Assembly (NCBI GenBank): GCA_034667685.1
Contig: JAXDQU010000034.1
Coordinates: 103,124-167,123, forward strand
Direction of reading: 5' to 3'
Length of the DNA stretch: 64,000 bases
DNA from: Thermoplasmata archaeon
Lineage (GTDB): Archaea; Thermoplasmatota; SW-10-69-26; JACQPN01; JAJPHT01
Position 1 is the first letter of the stretch. Each line of letters begins with the position of its first letter. The notes below the pieces were generated by a model. That model did not search any database and had not been told where the DNA came from. It saw only the letters and a program-made list of their open reading frames with translations. The translations under genes were made by a program, and so were the position numbers. Of the stretch, positions 56,293 through 64,000 are shown piece after piece.

Positions 56293-58944
56293 ATGCGAGC
56301 CGATCCTCGGCCCGTGCCGCTCGCCAGGAAAAGCCGCGTCGCGCTGCTGCTCGCGGGCCTGCTCCTCCCCATCGTGCCCGTGGCGAGCGCCCCGCCGCCG
56401 CCCACGAGCGCCCGCGTGGTCTTCACGTTCGACAGCGGCTACGCGACCCACCTGGAGGCGGCCTCGATCCTCGAGGACGATGGCCTCCGAGGGACGTTCT
56501 ACGTCATCAGCGACTTCCTGCGCCAGGAGCCGTACTACACGGCCTTCCTCAACGCGTCGGAGGTCGCCTCGCTCGCGGCGCGGGGACACGACGTCGAGTC
56601 CCACACGGCGACCCACCCGGATCTCACGACCGTCTCCGATGCCCGCCTGTCCGCGGAGCTGGCGGGATCGGCCACGACGCTCTCGTCGATCGTCGGCCGG
56701 CCCGTCCGCCATCTCGCCTATCCGTACGGGGCGACCAACGCCCACGTCGACGCCGCGGCGAACGCGACCTACGACTCGACGCTGATCCTGGCCGCCCGCG
56801 CCGAGGACGCGATCGCGGCGGGCGCCTCATCGCGGCTCGTGGCGTTCGTGGTCACGCGATCGACCAGCCTCGAGAACGTCACGGCGGCGGTCGACCTGGC
56901 CCAGGCGCGGCAGGCGGTCCTCGTGCTCTCGTTCCAGAGCATCACGCCCACGCCGGACGCCTACGACTGGACGCCCGAGCAGCTCCGCAAGCTCGCGGAC
57001 TACGTCGCCCAGAAAGGGGTCGACGTGTCCACGGTGGCCGCGCTCTACGCCGGGGACGCGGCGTGGTCGGCGGGGCCCCAGGTCACGGCGCGCGCGGTCG
57101 GGGCCTGCGTGGCGCTCGCGTGGTCGGCGCCGCCCAGCCGCGGACGGACCCTGACGGGCTACGACGTGTACCGCAACGATTCGTCGGGGCGCCCCGTGTG
57201 GCTCGCCACGGTGGGCGCCACCGCGAGCTTCGTCGACAGCGAGATCCGGCCCAACGTCTCGTATCGATATCAGGTGGCGGCGCGCGACGACCTGGGCCTC
57301 TCGCCCTTCTCGGCCGTGACCGCGTCGACGCCGAACGCCTCCCGCGCGGGGCACGGGCGGATCGCGTTCACGTTCGACACCGGCTACGTCTCGGCGCTGG
57401 ACGCGGCGTCGATCCTGGAGGCGAACGGCTTCCGCGGGACGTTCTACGTGACGAGCGGATTCCTGTCCCCAGGGAACGCCTCCACGGAGTATCTCTCGGC
57501 GTCCCAGGTGGCGGACCTCGCGCGGCGCGGCCACGAGATCGGCGCCCACGGAGCGACGAAGACGGACCTCACGACGCTCTCGCCCGCGGCGCTCGACGCC
57601 GAGCTCTCCGGCTCGCAGGACGTCCTCGCCAACGTCACGGGACGCGCGATCCGCCACATGAGCTACCCCTACGACGGCTACAACGCCACGGTCGTCGCGG
57701 CCGTCGCGGCGCGCTATCAAAGCGGGCGGCGCCTGGTGGACACGGCGGACGCGGCCCTGGCGCCCAGCGACCCGTACCTCCTGCCGGGGCTCGTCGTGAC
57801 CAACGGCACCAGCGTCGCCGCCCTCGAGGCCGCGGTGGACCTCGCGGTGGAGCGGGACCGGCCTCTCGTGCTCTCGTTCCAGCGGATCGTGCCCTCGGCG
57901 GGGCCGTGGGACTGGACGCCGGAGAAGCTCGCCGCGCTGGCGAGCTACGCGCAGGCCATCGGGGTGGACGTCGTGACCGTCGACGAGCTCGTCCCTGCGT
58001 CGGGGAGCGCGCCCCCCGCGGCGCCGTTCCTCTCGGCCCACGCGGACCCCGCGGTCGTGCGCCTCTCGTGGCCCACGCCGCTCGCGCACGGCAGCCCGGT
58101 CACGGGATACGTCGTCGACCGCGCCGCGGCGTCCCAACCGTTCACGCGCCTCGCGAGCCTGGGGCCGGTGAACCGGTACGTGGATGCCTCCGCGGCGCCG
58201 GGCGCCACGTACACGTACCGCGTCGCCGCCCTGAACGCCGCGGGGCAGGGGCCGTTCTCCGCGAATGCGAGCGCCTCGCCTCGCGCGGCATCCTCCGGCG
58301 GCCGGATCGTGCTCACGTTCGACGACGGCCGCGTGTCCGTGCGCAACGCGACGGCCATCCTGGAGGCGCGTGGCTTGCGCGGGACCTTCTTCGCGATCGC
58401 GGGAGACGCCCGCAACGGCGCGTGCTTCAACGGATCGATCTCGCGCACGCAGATCGCAGATCTTGCGCGGCGCGGCGAGGACATGGAGTCCCACACCTTC
58501 ACCCACCCGCACCTCACGACCCTCACCGACGCGGCGCTCGCCGCCGAGATGCGCGACGCCCGTCTGGTCCTCGAGAACGAGACGGGGATGCCGGTCCGGC
58601 ACGTGGCGTATCCCTTCGGTGAGGAGGACGCGCGCGTGCGCGCCGCCGCCGCGAGCGTGTATGCGAGCGCGCGAGGCTACTCCAGCGCGATGGTGCCCGC
58701 GGTCCAGTCCGCCGACCCGTACGCGGTGCCTGGCGCGGGCGTTGAGCGCCCCCTCTCGGCCCAGGCCGCCGAAGGTCTCGTGGACGACGCGCTCGCGCGC
58801 AACGCCACGCTCGTCCTCGTCCTGCACGACGTCAGGGACCGGCCGGGCTACTACGGATGGACGCCGCAGAGCCTGGCCGAGCTGGCCGATCACCTCGTGA
58901 GCGTCAACGCCACGGTCCAGACGTACGCGGAGGCGTTCGGTTAG
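56293..58944 (+). CDS. secreted protein with three polysaccharide deacetylase (NodB/CE4) domains separated by two FN3 domains
   Basis: TFDSGY/TFDTGY/TFDDGR, ESH/GAH, YP(Y/F) repeated three times; W..P...GY.V.R..Y.Y.VAA FN3 patterns. Confidence 0.88.
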   Translation: MRADPRPVPLARKSRVALLLAGLLLPIVPVASAPPPPTSARVVFTFDSGYATHLEAASILEDDGLRGTFYVISDFLRQEPYYTAFLNASEVASLAARGHDVESHTATHPDLTTVSDARLSAELAGSATTLSSIVGRPVRHLAYPYGATNAHVDAAANATYDSTLILAARAEDAIAAGASSRLVAFVVTRSTSLENVTAAVDLAQARQAVLVLSFQSITPTPDAYDWTPEQLRKLADYVAQKGVDVSTVAALYAGDAAWSAGPQVTARAVGACVALAWSAPPSRGRTLTGYDVYRNDSSGRPVWLATVGATASFVDSEIRPNVSYRYQVAARDDLGLSPFSAVTASTPNASRAGHGRIAFTFDTGYVSALDAASILEANGFRGTFYVTSGFLSPGNASTEYLSASQVADLARRGHEIGAHGATKTDLTTLSPAALDAELSGSQDVLANVTGRAIRHMSYPYDGYNATVVAAVAARYQSGRRLVDTADAALAPSDPYLLPGLVVTNGTSVAALEAAVDLAVERDRPLVLSFQRIVPSAGPWDWTPEKLAALASYAQAIGVDVVTVDELVPASGSAPPAAPFLSAHADPAVVRLSWPTPLAHGSPVTGYVVDRAAASQPFTRLASLGPVNRYVDASAAPGATYTYRVAALNAAGQGPFSANASASPRAASSGGRIVLTFDDGRVSVRNATAILEARGLRGTFFAIAGDARNGACFNGSISRTQIADLARRGEDMESHTFTHPHLTTLTDAALAAEMRDARLVLENETGMPVRHVAYPFGEEDARVRAAAASVYASARGYSSAMVPAVQSADPYAVPGAGVERPLSAQAAEGLVDDALARNATLVLVLHDVRDRPGYYGWTPQSLAELADHLVSVNATVQTYAEAFG

Positions 58945-59471
58945 AGCCGCTCGCCGGCCTCGACGCGCACCGTCAGCCGGTTCTGCGGCGGGGGGAGCGT
59001 GCAGCTCCACGCGTCGTCGTGCGCGCAGTAGGGATGGTAGGCGCGGTTGAAGTCCAGCGCGGCCTCGTCGCCCGCGGGCGGGTCCAGGTCGAGGTAGCGG
59101 CCGCCGCCGTAGGATTCCTTGCCGCTCGTGGCGTCCCGGAACGGGACCAGGACGTAGTCCTCGTCCGCTTCGCCCGGCGCGGGCGCGAAGGCGAGCAGGC
59201 GGCACGGCTGGCCCAGGAGCGTGAAGGCGAACGCGCCCACCTCCAGCATCGCGATCGCGTCGTCGCCCGTCGCGGCGAGGTCGGCTTTGCGCGGCTGCGC
59301 GTGCCGCTCGAAGCGGGCCCGCACGCGATACCGCGCATCGTAGGGCCACCACGAGAGCCCGCGGAACGCGGCGCGCGCCTCGGCCGAGAGCGGCGTGTCG
59401 GGGCCCAGGTAGTGCGCTTCGCGCGCCGTTCGCTCGGACTCCGCCTCGGCTTTCGCGCGCTCGAGCTCCAC
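58941..59471 (-). CDS. DUF1684 family protein
   Basis: PFRDATSGKESYGGGRYLD, LDFNRAYHPYCA...W.C.LPP.QN.L. Confidence 0.9.
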   Translation of the reverse strand: MELERAKAEAESERTAREAHYLGPDTPLSAEARAAFRGLSWWPYDARYRVRARFERHAQPRKADLAATGDDAIAMLEVGAFAFTLLGQPCRLLAFAPAPGEADEDYVLVPFRDATSGKESYGGGRYLDLDPPAGDEAALDFNRAYHPYCAHDDAWSCTLPPPQNRLTVRVEAGERL

Positions 59472-59514
59472 GCATCGTGCAGCCGGCGCGCCCGCGATAA
59501 GCGTTCGGTCACCG

Positions 59515-59580
59515 CGATTCCGATTCCTCTTCCGATTCCGATTCCGGCCGGACTCGGAATCGGAATCGGAGGAGGAATCG
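59515..59580. repeat. (ATTCCG)n tandem-repeat hairpin
   Basis: 26-bp arms 59521-59546 / 59555-59580 with a single G:T. Confidence 0.75.
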
Positions 59581-59628
59581 GGCGCGGGTCGGGAAAGCTT
59601 CATCGTCACCTCGCCGACATCCCGCGGC

Positions 59629-61554
59629 GTGCAGCAGGACGAGGCGTGGCGCAAGCTCGCGGAGGGCGACTTCGCGCAGGTGGGCAAGGTCCCCTTCGCG
59701 CAGCAATGGGACGCGTGGCGCCGCGTCTTCGCGGACCGGCCCGCGCACGCGCCTCCACCGCCGGCCTACGCGCCCACGCGCGAGACGATCGAGCGCGCCA
59801 ACGTGACCGCGCTCGCCAAGGCGCGCGGCCTGCCCGACTACGCCGCCCTGTGGCGCTGGAGCGCGACGGAGCGCGATGCGTTCTGGGCCGCGGCCATCGA
59901 TGCGCTGCGCATCCCTTTCCACGAGAAGCCGCGGGCGATCCGCGAAGGGAGCGTGGAGGACCCGACGTGGCTTCCAGGCGCCCGGCTCAACGCGGCCGAG
60001 GCGTGCTTCCAGGCGCCGCCCGACCGCGTGGCGATCGTCTTCGGCCGCGAGGGCGAGCCCGGCTTGCAGCGCGTCACCTACGCCGAGCTGGAGGCGCTCT
60101 CCGCCCGGGTCGCGGCGGGCTATCAAAAGCTCGGCCTCCAGCCCGGAGACGCGGTCGCGATCTACATGCCCATGACGGTGGCGTGCGTGGCGGCGTACCT
60201 GGGCATCGTGCGCGCGGGCGGCGTCGTGGTGAGCATCGCGGACAGCTTTGCGCCGCCCGAGGTCGCGGTCCGGCTGAGGCTGGGCCGCGCCAAGGCCATC
60301 CTGACGAGCGCCGCGTTCACCCGCGCGGGCAAGACGCTCGACCTCTACGCCAAGGTCCGCGAGGCCGGAGCGCCGCGCGCCATCGTCGTGGGCGGGCTGA
60401 CCGAGCGGCCCGGCGACGTGGCGTGGGACGACTTCCTCGGATCGGGCCCGGCGCCGTGGCACGACGCGGCGCCCTCGGAGACGACGAACATCCTCTTCAG
60501 CAGCGGCACGACGGGCGACCCCAAGGCGATTCCGTGGACGCACCTGACGCCGCTGAAGGCCGCGATGGACGGGCGCTATCACCAGGACGTCCACGAGGAT
60601 GATATTGTCGCGTGGCCCACGAGCATCGGCTGGATGATGGGCCCGTGGCTGATCTACGCGACGTTCGTCAACCGCGCGACGATGGCGCTCTTCGAGGGCG
60701 CTCCGAACGGCGCCGGCTTCCTGCGCTTCGTCAAGGAGGCGCGCGTGAGCGTGCTCGGCGTCGTGCCGGCCATCGTCCGCGCCTGGCGCGCGGGCGACAT
60801 GGTCCACGACGAGCTTGCGGGGATCCGCGTCTTCAGCAGCACAGGCGAGGCCTCCAACGTCGAGGACTACCTCTGGCTCATGAGCCGCGCCGGCTACCGC
60901 GCGCCCGTCATCGAGTACTGCGGCGGCACCGAGATCGGCGGCGGGCACGTCACGGGCACGGTCGTGCAGACGCAGAGCCCGGCGACGTTCAGCACGCCCG
61001 CGCTGGGGCTCGACTTCGTGCTCCTCGACCACGAGGGGAAGCGCGAGGTCGCGGAGAACGAGATGGGCGAGCTCTGGCTCGTGCCGCCCAGCATCGGCCT
61101 CTCGCAGCGCCTCCTCAACCGCGACCACCACAAGGAGTACTACGCCGACGCGCCGCGCCCGGGCCTGCGCCGCCACGGCGACGAGGTCGAACGATTGCCC
61201 GGAGGCCACTGGCGCGCGCACGGCCGCGCCGACGACACGATGAACCTGGGCGGCATCAAGGTCAGCAGCCTCGAGCTGGAGCGCGTCATGGACCGCCACC
61301 CGCGCGTCTACCAGAGCGCCGCCGTCGCCACCGTCCCGCCCGAAGGCGGCGCGGACCAGCTCGTGGTGTTCGTGGTGCTCCGCGAGCCGACCCCGGACAT
61401 GAAGACGCTCCAGAAGGAGCTTCAGGACCTCGTGAAGCGCGACCTGAACCCGCTCTACCGCATCCACGACGTCGTGCTCGTGGAGTCGCTGCCGCGCACC
61501 GCGTCGAACAAGATCATGCGCCGCGAACTCCGGAAGCAATATCGCGCGAGGTGA
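59629..61554 (+). CDS. AMP-binding acyl-CoA synthetase (acetate/acetoacetate-CoA ligase-like)
   Basis: FSSGTTGDPK, YCGGTE, HGD, GRADD, PRTASNKIMRR. Confidence 0.92.
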   Translation: MQQDEAWRKLAEGDFAQVGKVPFAQQWDAWRRVFADRPAHAPPPPAYAPTRETIERANVTALAKARGLPDYAALWRWSATERDAFWAAAIDALRIPFHEKPRAIREGSVEDPTWLPGARLNAAEACFQAPPDRVAIVFGREGEPGLQRVTYAELEALSARVAAGYQKLGLQPGDAVAIYMPMTVACVAAYLGIVRAGGVVVSIADSFAPPEVAVRLRLGRAKAILTSAAFTRAGKTLDLYAKVREAGAPRAIVVGGLTERPGDVAWDDFLGSGPAPWHDAAPSETTNILFSSGTTGDPKAIPWTHLTPLKAAMDGRYHQDVHEDDIVAWPTSIGWMMGPWLIYATFVNRATMALFEGAPNGAGFLRFVKEARVSVLGVVPAIVRAWRAGDMVHDELAGIRVFSSTGEASNVEDYLWLMSRAGYRAPVIEYCGGTEIGGGHVTGTVVQTQSPATFSTPALGLDFVLLDHEGKREVAENEMGELWLVPPSIGLSQRLLNRDHHKEYYADAPRPGLRRHGDEVERLPGGHWRAHGRADDTMNLGGIKVSSLELERVMDRHPRVYQSAAVATVPPEGGADQLVVFVVLREPTPDMKTLQKELQDLVKRDLNPLYRIHDVVLVESLPRTASNKIMRRELRKQYRAR

Positions 61555-61674
61555 GCGCGCGCTGGATTATCGACCATGCTTCTTCCTTGCCGGCGTCTCG
61601 CGCCCTTGGCGTGCGTGAACCGGCCGGTCCCTGATTCCGGCGACGGCGGCGAAGACTTCGTTCGCATGTCACCG

Positions 61675-61839
61675 GTGACCATCGACCCCCCAACCCCCCT
61701 GATCCCAGGGGGGGACGACGACGGCCTCGCGCGCACGGCGCGCTCGGCAGATAGCAGGGCAATCTGCGCAACGAGCGCAGCGAGGAGCGCCCGTCGTAAG
61801 CCCCCCTGAGATCAGGGGGGTTGGGGGGTCGATGGTCAC
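61675..61839. mobile_element. 165-bp MITE/REPIN-like element with 30-bp perfect terminal inverted repeats
   Basis: GTGACCATCGACCCCCCAACCCCCCTGATC (61675-61704) is the exact reverse complement of 61810-61839. Confidence 0.7.
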
Positions 61840-61960
61840 GGGAGACCTGCTGGCGACGGCGAGGACTTCGGCGGCCCAGAACCGATCGCGCGTTCCGTGA
61901 CTCCGTGTTCCACAGGGGGAGCGGCCGAATCCCTTATCATCAGCCGAAGAATCCGCGCGC

Positions 61961-62950
61961 GTGAAGAAGGTCTGCGTGATCGGCGGGGACGGCATCGGTC
62001 CCGAGGTGACGGACGCCGCGCTCTCGGTCGTGAAGGCCACGGGCGCCGCGCTGGACTACCTGCCCGCGCAGGCGGGGCTCGCCTGCTATCAAAAGACGGG
62101 CTCGTACCTGCCCGACGCGACGCTCTCGGCGGTGCGCGAGGCGGACGCGGTGCTCTTTGGCGCGATCACGAGCCCGCTGGACGTCGCGGACTACAAGAGC
62201 GTCATCCTGACGCTGCGCCAGGAATTGGACGCGTACGCCAACGTGCGCCCCGCCCGCGACCTGGGGCAGCCCTGCCGCGCGCCGGGGCTCGACCTCGTCC
62301 TCTTCCGCGAGAACACCGAGGGGCTCTACAACGCGCCCGAGGTCGAGGACGCGGAGGGCGTGACCACCATGCGCCGCGTGACGCGCCGCGGGAGCCAGCG
62401 CATCGCGCGCTTCGCCCTCGACTGGTGCCGCGCGCGGGGGCGCAAGCGCCTCACCGTCGCGCACAAGGCCAACGTGCTGCGCAAGTCGGACGGGCTCTTC
62501 CGCCGCACGTTCCTGGAGGAGGCCCAGGCCTACCCCGAGGTGAAGGCGGACGAGATCCTGCTCGACAACCTCGCGCTCCAGCTCGTGCTATCACCGGCCC
62601 GGTTCGACGCCATCGTGACGCTCAACCTGTACGGCGACGTGATCAGCGACGAGATGGCGGGCCTCGTGGGCGGCCTCGGCTTCGCCCCCTCGGGCAGCTA
62701 CGGCCCGCGCCAGGCGCTCTTCGAGCCGGTGCACGGCAGCGCGCCCGACATCGCGGGGAAGGGCGTCGCCAACCCGTGCGGCGCGATCCTCAGCGCGGCG
62801 ATGATGCTCGGCTTCCTGGGGCACGCCAAGGAGGCGCAGCGCGTCGAGGACGCGGTCCGCGCCGCGCTCCGGCACGGACGCACGCCCGACGCCGGCGGCA
62901 AGCTGACGACCGACGCCTTCACGAAGCTCGTCCTCCAGGCGTTGGGCTGA
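61961..62950 (+). CDS. isocitrate/isopropylmalate (possibly homoisocitrate) dehydrogenase family protein
   Basis: GDGIGPEV, RENTEGLY, HKANV, NLYGD..SD, FEPVHGSAPDIAGKG.ANP. Confidence 0.93.
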   Translation: MKKVCVIGGDGIGPEVTDAALSVVKATGAALDYLPAQAGLACYQKTGSYLPDATLSAVREADAVLFGAITSPLDVADYKSVILTLRQELDAYANVRPARDLGQPCRAPGLDLVLFRENTEGLYNAPEVEDAEGVTTMRRVTRRGSQRIARFALDWCRARGRKRLTVAHKANVLRKSDGLFRRTFLEEAQAYPEVKADEILLDNLALQLVLSPARFDAIVTLNLYGDVISDEMAGLVGGLGFAPSGSYGPRQALFEPVHGSAPDIAGKGVANPCGAILSAAMMLGFLGHAKEAQRVEDAVRAALRHGRTPDAGGKLTTDAFTKLVLQALG

Positions 62951-63598
62951 ATGCGTCCCCTCGCCCTCGCCTTGGTCCTCGCCTTCGTCCTGCCGGGCTG
63001 CGCGAGCCTGCGCGGCCCCGGCACCGACGCGAAGGTCGAGGTCGCCTCGTGGACGTTCGTGCGCGCGCCCGACGGCCTCCACCTCGTGGGCGAGATCGCC
63101 AACCGCGGCCCGACCAACGCGGATGCGCTGCGCATCGTGGCGCGCTTCGCCGACGCGCGGGGCGACCCGATCTCGGTGGGCGAGGCGCCCGCGTGGCGCC
63201 GGCTCCTCGAGCCGGGCGAGTCGTCCCCGTTCGATCTTGCCGCGCCCGAGGGCGCCGCGAGCGCCAACGTGACGGCGCTGGGCGAGTCGACCCGGCAGGG
63301 GGCGTGGGAGCGCCAGCGCCTCTACGCGCAGGACCCGGAGGTCAAGGCGGACGCGAGCGCGATGAACGCCACCTTCCGCGGCCTTGCCGTCAACGGCGGC
63401 GAGCTGACCGTCGTGTCGGTCGAGGCCCAGCTCACGTTCCGCGCCCCCGAGGGCCGCGTGGTGGGGGTCGCGCGCGCGCCCCCGGCCGACGCCGCCATCC
63501 GCGCGGGCCAGTCAAGCGCGTTCGCCGGCAACGCGACGATGGCCGCGCCGTTCGACCATTATGACATCACGATCGTGACGCTCGCGCCGCCGAGCTAG
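62951..63598 (+). CDS. hypothetical lipoprotein with two FxLYD-like domains
   Basis: LPGC lipobox; twice G...N.G.......V...F....G..V....L/I..G.S..F. Confidence 0.7.
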   Translation: MRPLALALVLAFVLPGCASLRGPGTDAKVEVASWTFVRAPDGLHLVGEIANRGPTNADALRIVARFADARGDPISVGEAPAWRRLLEPGESSPFDLAAPEGAASANVTALGESTRQGAWERQRLYAQDPEVKADASAMNATFRGLAVNGGELTVVSVEAQLTFRAPEGRVVGVARAPPADAAIRAGQSSAFAGNATMAAPFDHYDITIVTLAPPS

Positions 63599-63942
63599 AC
63601 CGCCTTCTCCAGGAGCGCGGCCACTTCCTTCTCCAGGAGCGAGCCGATCTCCTTGCCCAGCTGGTCGCGCAGGTCCGTGGGCATCATCTGGACGCCCAGC
63701 TTCGCGCTCGCCTTCACGAACTTGAGCGACGCGTACGCCTGCGAGACCTTCGCCTCGAAGTAGAGGCGCACCGCGTCCTTCAGCTCCTGCTGGAGCTCCG
63801 GGTTGCGCTCCAGCTCCTCGCGCATCTTGCGCTTGATCTCGTCCTTGAGGAGGTCGCGCAGCGCGTCGACGATCAGCTCCTCGTTGCCCAGGAGGTCCGT
63901 GCCGCCGCGGAGCATCTGCGAGACGAGGTTGTCCTGGGCCAT
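63595..63942 (-). CDS. hypothetical helical protein
   Basis: 115-aa ATG ORF with host-like codon usage. Confidence 0.75.
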   Translation of the reverse strand: MAQDNLVSQMLRGGTDLLGNEELIVDALRDLLKDEIKRKMREELERNPELQQELKDAVRLYFEAKVSQAYASLKFVKASAKLGVQMMPTDLRDQLGKEIGSLLEKEVAALLEKAV

Positions 63943-64000
63943 GGGGCCGGGAAAAACGAGGAGGGCGTTTGAATGCTCCGCAGGGCTCGGAAGAGGGCTC

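Overview
High-GC archaeal chromosomal window, most consistent with a Thermoplasmatota-type euryarchaeon (inferred from archaeal-type ProRS/GluRS, EF-1beta, L30e, short NusA, MptE and the rpoH-B''-B'-A'-A'' operon). Most of it is housekeeping: proS, ATP-dependent DNA ligase, a DEAD-box helicase, gltX, the RNA polymerase operon, uvrB, split transketolase, carB, RecQ, fatty-acid catabolism genes, tRNA-Lys(TTT) and tRNA-Ser(TGA). Four things stand out. (1) A 2.85-kb segment (2043-4907) carries two convergent genes, a pentapeptide-repeat protein and a PLP enzyme. It is bracketed by a perfect 16-bp inverted repeat with dif-like architecture (ATAA-CTAGGGA-TTATC), and one copy contains the stop codon of the adjacent XerC/D-like recombinase: a candidate invertible switch or Xer-type gene module. 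(2) A microviridin/graspetide-type ATP-grasp ligase is preceded by an unannotated 32-aa peptide, a candidate archaeal RiPP locus. (3) RpoA'' has a long N-terminal extension with three tandem (HhH)2 domains. (4) Several families of intergenic hairpin elements have conserved ends and variable stems built of short tandem repeats, some nested. All calls come from reading the sequence; no searches were run.
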